From contig CAIUKQ010000309.1 of assembly GCA_903899705.1 (NCBI GenBank), positions 6,484-70,483 of the forward strand: a stretch of DNA of 64,000 nt, in the 5' to 3' direction. Shown here one piece after another: positions 9,315 to 18,308 of the stretch. How positions within the stretch are numbered: position 1 is the first letter of the stretch; each line of letters begins with the position of its first letter. The translations under genes were made by a program, and so were the position numbers. The stretch comes from an uncultured beta proteobacterium (GTDB lineage Bacteria; Pseudomonadota; Gammaproteobacteria; Burkholderiales; SG8-39). The notes below the pieces were generated by a model, which was not told the origin of the DNA, did no database searches, and saw only the letters and a program-made list of their open reading frames with translations.

Positions 9315-12300
9315 TCAGTGCGCCTTTGCCGGTTTTGCCGGTTTCGAAGGTGCCGTGGTTTTTGGCGGCGCGGAGAGCAGTGCGAGTATGTCCCTGCAGG
9401 CGCGGGACCTTTCCTCCAGCGTGCCGCTGACCCGCTCGATCCGAAGTTTGTCCTGGCCGCTCATGCGCCAGCCCCGCTGCCTGTGGATGAGGCCGATGAT
9501 GGTTTCCGGTTCTATCGGCGGGTGCTTGACGAACTGGATCTGTATGGTTTCCGGCCCCGCATCGAGTCGCTTGATGCCAAGGCTTCGCGATCGGATTCTC
9601 AGCCGGTGCACTTCCAGCAGGGCGCGCACCGCCGGGTGCGGTTCACCAAAGCGGTCGATGATTTCCTCCTGCATGGCCTCAATGTCCTCGAGTTCATCGC
9701 AATTGGCCAGGCGCTTGTAGACGATCAGCCGTTCATGCACATCCTCGCAGTAGGAGGTGGGCATCAGCGCGGGGATATGGAGATTGATTTCGGTTGTGAC
9801 CCCGAGCGGTTCGGAGAGGTCGGGTTCCTTGCCCGATTTGAGCGAGCGCACCGCATGTGAAAGCATGTCGTTAAAAAGGTTGAACCCGATTTCCTGCATT
9901 TCGCCGCTTTGCGAGTCACCCAGCACTTCTCCTGCACCGCGGATTTCCAGGTCCTGCATGGCGAGGTAAAAACCGGATCCCAGTTGCTCCATCATCTGGA
10001 TGGCCTCGAGGCGCTTTTTCGCGGCACTGCCGAGGGCGCCTTCTTCCGGTGTGAGCAGGTAGGCGTAGGCCTGATGGTGCGAACGCCCGACGCGGCCGCG
10101 CAGTTGGTGCAGCTGCGCCAGGCCGAAATTGTCGGCGCGGTTGATGATGATGGTGTTGGCGGTGGGAATGTCGATGCCGGTCTCGATGATGGTCGAGCAC
10201 AGGAGCAGATTGTGGCGTTGCTGCAGGAATTCTCGCATCACGCGCTCCAGGTCGCGTTCGCGCATCTGCCCGTGGGCGATGGCGATGCGGGCCTCGGGCA
10301 GGATCTCCGCCAGCCGCTGCTGCATGCGCTCGATGGTGGCGACTTCATTGTGCAGGAAATAGATCTGGCCGCCGCGCTTCAGCTCGCGCAGGCAGGCTTC
10401 TCGGATGATGCCCGCGGAATCCCGCGTGACAAAGGTCTTGATGGCCAGGCGCTTCTCCGGTGCAGTGGCAATCACCGAAAAATCGCGCAGACCTTCCAGA
10501 GACATCGCCAGTGTCCTTGGAATGGGCGTGGCGGTGAGAGTCAGGACATCCACTTCGGCCCGCAGGGCCTTGAGTGCTTCCTTCTGGCGCACGCCAAAGC
10601 GATGCTCTTCGTCCACGATTACCAGGCCGAGACGCGAGAATTTCACTTCACGCGACAACAGCTTGTGGGTACCGATGGCGATGTCGACCGCTCCGCTGGC
10701 AATGCCTTCGAGGGAAACATTCTGTTCGGCGCCGCTGCGAAAGCGGGACAATTCCGCGATTTTCACGGGCCAGCCCGCAAAACGGTCGGAGAAGGTCTGG
10801 AAATGCTGGCCGGAAAGAAGCGTCGTCGGAGCGAGGATGGCCACCTGCATGCCGTCCGCGACGGCGACGTAGGCGGCACGTAATGCCACTTCGGTTTTTC
10901 CAAAGCCCACATCACCGCAGACCAGGCGGTCCATGGGTTTGACCTGTTTCATGTCCTCGATGACGGCGTTGATGGTCGCGAGCTGGTCCGGGGTTTCGTC
11001 AAAACCGAAGGCCTCCGCGAATGCCTCGAGGTCGTGCTGGTTTATCTTGAAGGAGCGGCCTTGGCGCGAAGCTCTTTGCGCGTACAAATTCAGCAGTTCG
11101 GCTGCGGTGTCGCGCACTTGTTTCGCGGCGCGATTCTTGGCCTTGTCCCAGGCTTCACCGCCCAAGCGGTGCAATGGCGCCTGCTCCGGGGGGCCGCCGC
11201 TGTAGCGACCTATGAGATGCAATTGCGATACAGGGACGTAGAGCTTGTCCGCGTCCGCATATTCGATCAGCAGGAATTCGGTCTTGCCCTCGCCAAGGTC
11301 CAGATCGATCAGTCCGCGGTAGCGGCCGATGCCGTGGTCCAGATGCACCACCGGGTCGCCTGCGCGCAGTTCTGAAAGGTCGCGCAGCATGCCTTCGACG
11401 GAGGTCTGACGCTCACGGCTCTTCGTGCTTCGGGTCCGCGCGGTGGCCGAAAACAGTTCGGCTTCGGTTATGAATGCGATGTGCAGTTCGGAATCGAGAA
11501 AGCCGTTGAGCAGCGGGGCTACTGCCAGCATGAGCTTTTCGGAGCCTGCCGCGAACGCGGCGTAATCGGCGCATTCGGCGGGTTTCAATCCGTACTCACC
11601 CAGGTACTGCATCAGGGTTTCGCGTCTTCCCGGAGAGTCGGCGAGCAGGAGCGTGCGACCCGGATGGGTTGCGGTAAAAGCTTTCAGTGCGCTCAGGGGA
11701 TCGGCGGCGCGGCGCTCGACGGCCACGACAGGCAGCGGGACGTAACGGGTTCCTTCTGAATTGGTTCCCACCGATCCGAGGCGAGGGTCCGCGCGCGCAA
11801 ACTGCTTCGCGGCAATGAAGAACTCTTCGGCGCTCAGAAACAGGTTTTCCGGTGGCAACAGCGGGCGGGAGCGTTCTCCACGGAGGAACTGGTAGCGGCT
11901 TTGCGTGTCGCGCCAGAAGTCGGTGAACGCGGCGTGCACATCGTCGTGCATGCAAAGGTTCGCCTCGGAGGGCAGATAGTCGAAGAGGGTCGCCGTTTTT
12001 TCGAAAAACAGTGGCAGCCAGTACTCGATGCCGGCGGGCGATACGCCGTTGGAGACGTCGCGGTATATGGTGCTCTTGGAAGCGTCGCCTTCAAAGTGCT
12101 CGCGAAACGCGGTTCGAAACCGGTTCCGGCCGGCGTCGTCCGTCGGGTACTCGCGGGCGGGCAGCAGGCGCACTTCCGCGACCTTGTAGATGGTGCGCTG
12201 GGTGTCGACGTCAAAGGTGCGGATGCCGTCGATGGTCTCGTCCATCAGATCTATGCGATAGGGCAGCACGCTGCCCATGGGGAAAAGATCGACGATGCCA

Positions 12301-12809
12301 CCGCGCACGCAGAACTCTCCCGGGGCCACCACCTGTGAGACGTTCTGATACCCGGCAAATACCAGTTGCGCGCGCAGTGCGTCCAGGCCGAGGGTTTCAC
12401 CCTGTTTGAGAAAAAATGTGTATGCGGCGAGGTATTCGGGGGGCGCCAGGCGCTGCAGGGCGGTGGTTGCGGGCAGGACGACGACGTCGAATTCCCTCCG
12501 CTGTATCTGATAGAGCGTGGCCAGACGCTCGGACACGAGATCCTGGTGGGGTGAAAAACTGTCGTAGGGCAGCGTTTCCCAATCGGGAAAGACGCAAATC
12601 TTGAGCTTTGGGTCGAACCAGGCAATCTCGTCGCGCAATCGCGATGCCTCGGCGGCACGCGCGCAAAAGACCACCAGAGGACGCGCTTCACCTGCCAGGG
12701 CGGTCAGCGCGAGGGCGTCGCTGGATCCGGTTCTGGCTGTTTGCGAAACTGAATCGGGTGTTGAATCGGAGGGATGGGAAGAGGTCACTTCAAAGGCTTC
12801 GCAATTCAA
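9315..12809 (-). CDS. mfd: transcription-repair coupling factor Mfd
   Basis: 1164 aa. GDVGFGKTEVALRA (Walker A), VDEEHRFGV (DEEH), HGQM..LLCSTIIETGIDIP, helicase motifs VI QLRGRVGRS. Confidence 0.95.
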   Translation of the reverse strand: MNCEAFEVTSSHPSDSTPDSVSQTARTGSSDALALTALAGEARPLVVFCARAAEASRLRDEIAWFDPKLKICVFPDWETLPYDSFSPHQDLVSERLATLYQIQRREFDVVVLPATTALQRLAPPEYLAAYTFFLKQGETLGLDALRAQLVFAGYQNVSQVVAPGEFCVRGGIVDLFPMGSVLPYRIDLMDETIDGIRTFDVDTQRTIYKVAEVRLLPAREYPTDDAGRNRFRTAFREHFEGDASKSTIYRDVSNGVSPAGIEYWLPLFFEKTATLFDYLPSEANLCMHDDVHAAFTDFWRDTQSRYQFLRGERSRPLLPPENLFLSAEEFFIAAKQFARADPRLGSVGTNSEGTRYVPLPVVAVERRAADPLSALKAFTATHPGRTLLLADSPGRRETLMQYLGEYGLKPAECADYAAFAAGSEKLMLAVAPLLNGFLDSELHIAFITEAELFSATARTRSTKSRERQTSVEGMLRDLSELRAGDPVVHLDHGIGRYRGLIDLDLGEGKTEFLLIEYADADKLYVPVSQLHLIGRYSGGPPEQAPLHRLGGEAWDKAKNRAAKQVRDTAAELLNLYAQRASRQGRSFKINQHDLEAFAEAFGFDETPDQLATINAVIEDMKQVKPMDRLVCGDVGFGKTEVALRAAYVAVADGMQVAILAPTTLLSGQHFQTFSDRFAGWPVKIAELSRFRSGAEQNVSLEGIASGAVDIAIGTHKLLSREVKFSRLGLVIVDEEHRFGVRQKEALKALRAEVDVLTLTATPIPRTLAMSLEGLRDFSVIATAPEKRLAIKTFVTRDSAGIIREACLRELKRGGQIYFLHNEVATIERMQQRLAEILPEARIAIAHGQMRERDLERVMREFLQQRHNLLLCSTIIETGIDIPTANTIIINRADNFGLAQLHQLRGRVGRSHHQAYAYLLTPEEGALGSAAKKRLEAIQMMEQLGSGFYLAMQDLEIRGAGEVLGDSQSGEMQEIGFNLFNDMLSHAVRSLKSGKEPDLSEPLGVTTEINLHIPALMPTSYCEDVHERLIVYKRLANCDELEDIEAMQEEIIDRFGEPHPAVRALLEVHRLRIRSRSLGIKRLDAGPETIQIQFVKHPPIEPETIIGLIHRQRGWRMSGQDKLRIERVSGTLEERSRACRDILALLSAPPKTTAPSKPAKPAKAH

Positions 12810-12879
12810 GCGTGAAAAACGCGAAAACCCGCACGGAGGGTCGCCAATGTGTGCTCATTCGGCGTTCCGGTGCGGGACT

Positions 12880-12892
12880 TGGTATAATTATA
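12880..12892. promoter_or_regulatory. palindromic -10 element TGGTATAATTATA in the mfd/ispD divergent region
   Basis: Plus strand reads TGn-TATAAT (12880-12888, extended -10) toward ispD. Because TATAATTATA is palindromic, the minus strand also reads TATAAT (12892-12887) toward mfd. Confidence 0.4.
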
Positions 12893-12949
12893 CTGTTGAA
12901 TCAGAGCTTTCCTGCTGGAATCTGCGGCCCGTCCTAAGGGTTTTCTCCA

Positions 12950-13642
12950 ATGTCCTCCAGGTTATTCGGGTTGATACCCGCGGCCGGTTTTGGCGCGCGT
13001 TTTGGCGGATCGGCACCCAAGCAGTACAGCCTGATCGGTGGGAAGACCCTGTTGCAGTGCGCCGTAGAGGCCTTACTGGCAGTGAGGGAGTTGGAAACGG
13101 TTTTCGTTGTGCTGGCGCCGGAGGATGACACATTCCGGCGTTTCGATTGGGTCGAATTCGGTGATCGCGTTGCGCCGTTGTATTGCGGAGGGGCGACGCG
13201 TCGCGACAGTGTGCTGAATGGATTGATTGCGGCGGGGGCCGGGGTCGACCCCGAGGATTGGGTGCTGGTGCATGACGCCGCGAGGCCGTGTCTGGCATTG
13301 CCGGATGTGCGCCGGTTGATCGATGCGGTTGCGCCGGGCGATACAGGGGGAGTACTTGCGGTCCGCGTAGCCGACACGCTGAAGCGCGGAGATGAACAGG
13401 ACAGAATTACAGGCACCGAGACCCGGGACGGGTTGTGGCAGGCGCAAACGCCGCAGATGTTCCGATACGGGATGCTGTTGCGCGCATTGAGCGCCTCGGC
13501 AAGTGTGACTGACGAGGCTGCGGCGGTGGAAGCTCTGGGCATCATGCCCAGACTGGTTGAAGGAAGTCGGCGCAACCTGAAGGTGACGGTGGCGTCTGAT
13601 CTGGAGTTGGCGGCACTGATTCTGAGTGCCGCGGGGAAGTAG
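12950..13642 (+). CDS. ispD: 2-C-methyl-D-erythritol 4-phosphate cytidylyltransferase
   Basis: 230 aa. [25 protein letters not shown]. Confidence 0.92.
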   Translation: MSSRLFGLIPAAGFGARFGGSAPKQYSLIGGKTLLQCAVEALLAVRELETVFVVLAPEDDTFRRFDWVEFGDRVAPLYCGGATRRDSVLNGLIAAGAGVDPEDWVLVHDAARPCLALPDVRRLIDAVAPGDTGGVLAVRVADTLKRGDEQDRITGTETRDGLWQAQTPQMFRYGMLLRALSASASVTDEAAAVEALGIMPRLVEGSRRNLKVTVASDLELAALILSAAGK

Positions 13643-13683
13643 AAGGGAGGCCGCAGGCTGTCGCGGTCTTGGGGAGACGGGGA

Positions 13684-14160
13684 ATGCGGGTTGGGCAAGG
13701 ATTCGATGTACATGCGCTGGTTTCGGGGCGCAAGCTCGTGATCGGCGGCGTGACCATACCGTTCGACAAGGGGCTTGAAGGGCATTCGGACGCCGATGTC
13801 CTGTTGCACGCCATTACCGACGCGGTTCTGGGGGCCGCAGGCCTGGGCGATATCGGCCGCCATTTTCCCGATACGGATCAACGATACAAGGACGCCGACA
13901 GCCGCCTTTTGATGCGTGAGGCGGTCAATCGCGTGCGCGCCGCCGGGTTCAGGGTGGTCAATATCGATTCCACCATCATTGCACAGTCGCCAAGGATGGC
14001 GCCGCATATCCCGGAGATGGTCGGCAATATTGCGGGCGATCTCGGGATTGCGAGTGATTGCGCAAACGTCAAAGCAAAGACCGCCGAGCATCTCGGATTC
14101 GTCGGTCGTGGCGAAGGAATCGCTGCCGAGGCGATTGCCATGGTTGAGATAGTCCAGTAA
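13684..14160 (+). CDS. ispF: 2-C-methyl-D-erythritol 2,4-cyclodiphosphate synthase
   Basis: [41 protein letters not shown] 13684 preferred over track start 13669. Confidence 0.92.
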   Translation: MRVGQGFDVHALVSGRKLVIGGVTIPFDKGLEGHSDADVLLHAITDAVLGAAGLGDIGRHFPDTDQRYKDADSRLLMREAVNRVRAAGFRVVNIDSTIIAQSPRMAPHIPEMVGNIAGDLGIASDCANVKAKTAEHLGFVGRGEGIAAEAIAMVEIVQ

Positions 14161-14204
14161 CAACACGAGCGGAGGCCGCCATACCTGTCATCACTGCACC
14201 AAAA

Positions 14205-14711
14205 TTGTTTTTCGCACTCTGGCCTGATTCGGAGACGCGACGAGCGCTCTCGACCCGTGGAAAAGGCATGCACAAGGTTTCTGGTGGCCGCATGACACGT
14301 CCGGAGAATCTGCACCTGACGCTAGCTTTTCTCGGACCGACGGACGCGACGCGCCTGGCGGAACTGGAAGCGGTCGCGGCTTCGGTAAAAACGGTCAACT
14401 GCATTCTGACGCTGGACGAGGCGGGCTATTGGAAGCACAACCACATCGCGTGGGCCGGTTCAACCAAGGTCCCCGACAAACTTGCCGGCATGGTCCAGGA
14501 GTTGCGCGACGCGTTGAAGAAAAACGGATTCCGCTTCGATCCGAAACCGTTCAAGCCGCACGTCACGCTGATACGCGATGCGAAGGATCCGGGCGTGCCC
14601 GCGAAACGGTCCATCCGCTGGAAGGTTTCCGGATTCTCCCTGGTACGCGCGTATCGAGACGATCTCGGCCTGCTCTATCGCGTGGTGTCCAGTTGCCCCA
14701 AGGCTGAATAG
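14205..14711 (+). CDS. thpR: RNA 2',3'-cyclic phosphodiesterase (2H phosphoesterase, ThpR/LigT)
   Basis: Two HxT motifs (HLTLAFLG and HVTLIRD). FFALWP N-terminus. TTG start, uncertain. Confidence 0.8.
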   Translation: MFFALWPDSETRRALSTRGKGMHKVSGGRMTRPENLHLTLAFLGPTDATRLAELEAVAASVKTVNCILTLDEAGYWKHNHIAWAGSTKVPDKLAGMVQELRDALKKNGFRFDPKPFKPHVTLIRDAKDPGVPAKRSIRWKVSGFSLVRAYRDDLGLLYRVVSSCPKAE

Positions 14712-14742
14712 CCGGGCCCCCGACAGGCCCCGGGGACGGGCC

Positions 14743-15729
14743 TTATTCGACTTTAGCCCCTGAAGCTTTGACCACCTTTGCCCATTTCGCGATTTCTTCG
14801 CGAACGAACACTGCGAATTCTTCAGGAGAATTGCCGACGGGATCGGCGCCCTGGCTGGTGAGGCGCTCGATCATCTCGGGTGAACGCAACGAGCGGGACA
14901 CCGTCGCGTACAGCTTGTTGATGATTTCCTTCGGCGTTTTCGCCGGCGCATGCATGCCGAACCAGGACGTCGCTTCATATCCCGGCAAACCCGATTCAGC
15001 AATCGTGGGTACATCGGGCAATGCCGGGGAGCGGCGGGCCGAGGTCACTGCGATGGCACGCAGCTTTCCCGCTTTCACCTGCTGGATGGATGAGGGCAGG
15101 TTGTCAAACATCAGTTGCACCTGTCCCCCGACCAGATCGGCCACGGCGGGAGCGCTGCCCTTGTAGGGGATGTGCAGCATCTCCACACCTGTCATGGTCT
15201 TGAACAATTCAGCCGACAGGTGTATCGATGTTCCGCTGCCGCTCGAGGCATAGGCCAGTTTTCCCGGATTTGCCCTCGCGTAATCAATCAGTTCCCTGAC
15301 GGTCTTTACCGGTACGCTGGGATGAACCTCAAGCAGGTTGGGAACGGCCGCAAGCAGTGAGATGTGTTCGAAATCCCGCATCACGTCGTAGGGCATGTTC
15401 GGGTATAGCGTCACGTTGATGGCCTGGGGGCTGACGGCGCCGACCAGCAGCGTGTAGCCGTCCGGCGCGGCCTTCGCAACGGCATCCGATCCCAGATTGC
15501 CGCCCGCGCCTGCGCGATTTTCGATGGCGACGGGCTGCCCCATGAATCGGGACATGTCCGCGCCGACAGCGCGCGCGACGATGTCGGTCGTGCCGCCCGG
15601 GGCAAAGGGCACGACGATGCGAATCGGCTTTGACGGATAGGCTGCGGCACCTTGCGCAATTACGTGGCCGGACAGGGCGGATAATGTGACGACAACCGAA
15701 CCGGCAAATGCGCGGGCAATGGAATTCAC
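14743..15729 (-). CDS. Bug-family (TctC-like) tripartite tricarboxylate transporter substrate-binding protein, orphan
   Basis: PIRIVVPFAPGGTTDIVARAV and SGSGTSIHL motifs. I prefer the GTG start at 15729, which has a GGGGAG SD 6 nt upstream and a signal-like N-terminus (NSIARAFAGSVVVTLSALSGHVIAQG). Track start 15816 overlaps envZ. Confidence 0.85.
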   Translation of the reverse strand: MNSIARAFAGSVVVTLSALSGHVIAQGAAAYPSKPIRIVVPFAPGGTTDIVARAVGADMSRFMGQPVAIENRAGAGGNLGSDAVAKAAPDGYTLLVGAVSPQAINVTLYPNMPYDVMRDFEHISLLAAVPNLLEVHPSVPVKTVRELIDYARANPGKLAYASSGSGTSIHLSAELFKTMTGVEMLHIPYKGSAPAVADLVGGQVQLMFDNLPSSIQQVKAGKLRAIAVTSARRSPALPDVPTIAESGLPGYEATSWFGMHAPAKTPKEIINKLYATVSRSLRSPEMIERLTSQGADPVGNSPEEFAVFVREEIAKWAKVVKASGAKVE

Positions 15730-15796
15730 GGTGTTCTCCCCAAATTTCGATGGCGACGCAATCATAGACGCAAGGGGATAGACGCGCATGGCGTTG

Positions 15797-17107
15797 CTAG
15801 CGCGTCGAGTGGACAAGCCTTATGCGCGCAATCAGGCCGCCGCCGGGCCGCGGCAGAAGGTCGAACCGCCCGCCGTGCAGGCGGGCAGCGCGATCGACGA
15901 TCGCGAGTCCAAGCCCTGAACCGATGGTGCCCGAGCGCGCCGGATCCATCTGCGTGAACGGCTGTTTCATGTGTTCGGCCTGTTCGGGCGGAATGCCGGG
16001 GCCGAGGTCAAGAACCTCGATGATGCTGTCTCCATCTTCCTCCCGAGTGTGCAGTTCGATGCCTTGTCCCGCATGTCGCAAGGCATTGTCAAGCAGATTG
16101 GCAATCACCCGTCGCATCAGCTGGCATCGAAGCTCGATGACCGGTGTGACCTCGATGTGTGACTCGATATCGCGGCCGATTTTGTGCTGCTGCCGGAGGA
16201 TTTCACCAGCAAGGTCGGACAGGCGCGCCGGCTGCGTGGTTTCGCCACCGTCATTGTCCATGCGTGCAAAATCAAGGAACTGGCCAATGGTCCGGTCCAT
16301 CTCCTCGATATCCGCGCGCATGCCCTCCTTGAGTGGTTCGTCGGCCTGGCTCATTTCGGTTCCCAGACGCAATCGCGCAAGGGGCGTGCGCAGGTCGTGC
16401 GAAATGCCCGCAAGAATCACGGCGCGGTCCTGTTCGGTGCGCAACAGGTCGCGCGACATCTGGTTGAAAGCGCGCGATACCGCCCGGATTTCGGCGGCGC
16501 CGACTTCCGGGACCGGCTCCGGCCTGTGACCCCTGCCGATTTCCACCGCAGCATCCGCCAGCGCCTTGAGCGGACGATTGATGTGCGATACGACCATATA
16601 AGCCGCGATGAGGGCCAGCACCAGCGCCAGCGCCGCCCAGCCCAGCCACTGCAGGGCGATATCGCGTTCCAGGCGCTCCCGGGGAATGCGCATCCAGTAT
16701 TCATCGCCGCCGATGATAAAGCTCACCCAGACGCCAGGAAGCCCGTTGCGCTCAAGTGCGATGCGGGTTTGCGAGCCCAATTGTTCGCGGACCGAAGCGG
16801 CAATGAGTCTGCTTAATTCGGATTCCGGCTCGTTACGGATCTGGTCGTCGAATTCACCGGGGTAGACCTCGATCCCCTCGTTTTCAGCCAGGTCGATCAG
16901 CAGATCACGACGGCGTTCCGGCTGGGCGGTCACCAGCGCCGCGCGGGTGAGATTGACCACGCTCACGATGTTTTGGGCGATCTGTCCCGCGCGCGGCGTC
17001 TGCTCGTGGGCCTGAAATATCAGGAACCAGGTCACCGTCGTGGTCACGCCGAGAATGGACAATAGCGCGAAGGTCCGCCATAGCAGGGAGCGCGGCCAGA
17101 AGGACAT
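15797..17107 (-). CDS. envZ: osmolarity-type sensor histidine kinase EnvZ
   Basis: 436 aa. Two N-terminal TM segments, HAMP, H-box AGISHDLRTPLARL, N/G boxes LDNALRHA, GSGLGLAIV. Adjacent to ompR. Confidence 0.88.
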   Translation of the reverse strand: MSFWPRSLLWRTFALLSILGVTTTVTWFLIFQAHEQTPRAGQIAQNIVSVVNLTRAALVTAQPERRRDLLIDLAENEGIEVYPGEFDDQIRNEPESELSRLIAASVREQLGSQTRIALERNGLPGVWVSFIIGGDEYWMRIPRERLERDIALQWLGWAALALVLALIAAYMVVSHINRPLKALADAAVEIGRGHRPEPVPEVGAAEIRAVSRAFNQMSRDLLRTEQDRAVILAGISHDLRTPLARLRLGTEMSQADEPLKEGMRADIEEMDRTIGQFLDFARMDNDGGETTQPARLSDLAGEILRQQHKIGRDIESHIEVTPVIELRCQLMRRVIANLLDNALRHAGQGIELHTREEDGDSIIEVLDLGPGIPPEQAEHMKQPFTQMDPARSGTIGSGLGLAIVDRAARLHGGRFDLLPRPGGGLIARIRLVHSTR

Positions 17108-17127
17108 TTAGGGGGTGGCGGGGGCGA

Positions 17128-17862
17128 TCAAGCAGGCGCGACGGGGCCGCCGTCCGGTACAAACACATAGCCATAACCCCATACCGTCTGGATGTAGGCC
17201 GGGTGAGCCGGGTCAACCTCGATCAGTTTGCGCAAGCGCGAAATTTGCACGTCAATGGCGCGGTCAAACACTTCGTATTCTCGTCCCCGCGCGAGTTCCA
17301 TCAGTTTGTCGCGCGACAGTGAGCTTCGCGGGTGGGTCACCAGCACCTTTAGCAATGCGAATTCCCCGGTGGTCAGCGTCAGCGCCTTGCCATCACGGGT
17401 TAGCGTACGGGTGGCAAGGTTCACCGTCATGCCGCCGAAACTGACTTCCATGGTTTCGGCGGAGGGAGAACCCGGCGGCGCGACGGCACCGCGGCGGCGC
17501 AGCACTGCGTTGATGCGCGCCACCAGTTCCCTTGGATTGAAGGGCTTTGGCAAATAGTCGTCCGCCCCCATTTCGAGTCCGAGGATGCGATCCACGTCGT
17601 CGCCCTTGGCGGTCAGCATGATGATGGCAATGGTGTTCTTGGTGCCGCGCAGGCGCCGGCATGCGGCCAGGCCGTCCTCGCCGGGCATCATGATGTCGAG
17701 CACCAGAAGGTCAAAGCGCTCCTTTGCGAGCAGCTTGTCCATTCCCGGCGCATCGGACACCGTGGTGACCATGAATCCCTGCTCGCTCAGATAGCGCTGC
17801 AGCAGGTCACGCAGACGCAGATCGTCATCGACGACGAGGATTTTTGCTTTTTGTTCGCTCAT
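17128..17862 (-). CDS. ompR: response regulator OmpR
   Basis: MSEQKAKILVVDDDLRLRDLLQRYLSEQGF..MPGEDGL..PKPFNPRELVARI..TVWGYGYVFV, near-colinear with E. coli OmpR. Track ORF 17128..18762 is an unsupported N-terminal extension; ATG at 17862 chosen. Confidence 0.93.
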   Translation of the reverse strand: MSEQKAKILVVDDDLRLRDLLQRYLSEQGFMVTTVSDAPGMDKLLAKERFDLLVLDIMMPGEDGLAACRRLRGTKNTIAIIMLTAKGDDVDRILGLEMGADDYLPKPFNPRELVARINAVLRRRGAVAPPGSPSAETMEVSFGGMTVNLATRTLTRDGKALTLTTGEFALLKVLVTHPRSSLSRDKLMELARGREYEVFDRAIDVQISRLRKLIEVDPAHPAYIQTVWGYGYVFVPDGGPVAPA

Positions 17863-17932
17863 GCACGCATGGTAGCGGTCATGGCGCTTCCGTCCAAGCG
17901 CTGAGTAACAGATGGTTGCTGAAAGGGGGGGC

Positions 17933-17952
17933 TGAAACAAATGCTTACAAAA
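17933..17952 (+). promoter_or_regulatory. OmpR-box-like tandem 10-bp half-sites
   Basis: TGAAACAAAT|GCTTACAAAA, with ACA cores exactly 10 bp apart (17937-39 and 17947-49). Resembles E. coli OmpR sites such as TTTACATTTTGAAACATCTA (recalled from memory). Confidence 0.3.
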
Positions 17953-17960
17953 CCGTCCAA

Positions 17961-17974
17961 GGAGTCCGGACTCC
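17961..17974. promoter_or_regulatory. perfect 14-bp palindrome GGAGTCCGGACTCC
   Basis: Self-complementary over all 14 nt. Lies in the divergent ompR / small-secreted-protein intergenic region, 59 nt upstream of ATG 18033. Confidence 0.3.
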
Positions 17975-18032
17975 GCATCCGGAATGGGTGTATTTTTGCA
18001 TCCGTGATGGTTTTGGGTGTTTTGACAAAGTG

Positions 18033-18308
18033 ATGGCAATTCGGCGCTTGGCCCTGATAACAGCCTTAATTGCGCAACTCTGCGCAGGGACGCCGGCGTT
18101 TGCGCAGTATTTCCCTGGCAAGGGCAATTCGCCGGACAAGGGCCGGTTGATGCCGGGGCCCGCCAAGCAGCCCGATGTGGACCGCATGCGGGAGACTCCC
18201 GGACCGGCAAGGCCGGTTCACGACCGGCTTTCCCCCGAGGAGCGGCGCCAGTTGCGGCGCGATATTGATCAGCATGGCCGCGAAGTTTATGGCGGCAAGA
18301 GCCACTAG
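18033..18308 (+). CDS. small secreted hypothetical protein (91 aa)
   Basis: Signal peptide MAIRRLALITALIAQLCAGTPAFA-Q, then a Pro/Gly/Lys-rich segment and LSPEERRQLRRDIDQHGREVY. No clear SD. This is the C-terminal part of track ORF 17844..18308. Confidence 0.55.
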   Translation: MAIRRLALITALIAQLCAGTPAFAQYFPGKGNSPDKGRLMPGPAKQPDVDRMRETPGPARPVHDRLSPEERRQLRRDIDQHGREVYGGKSH

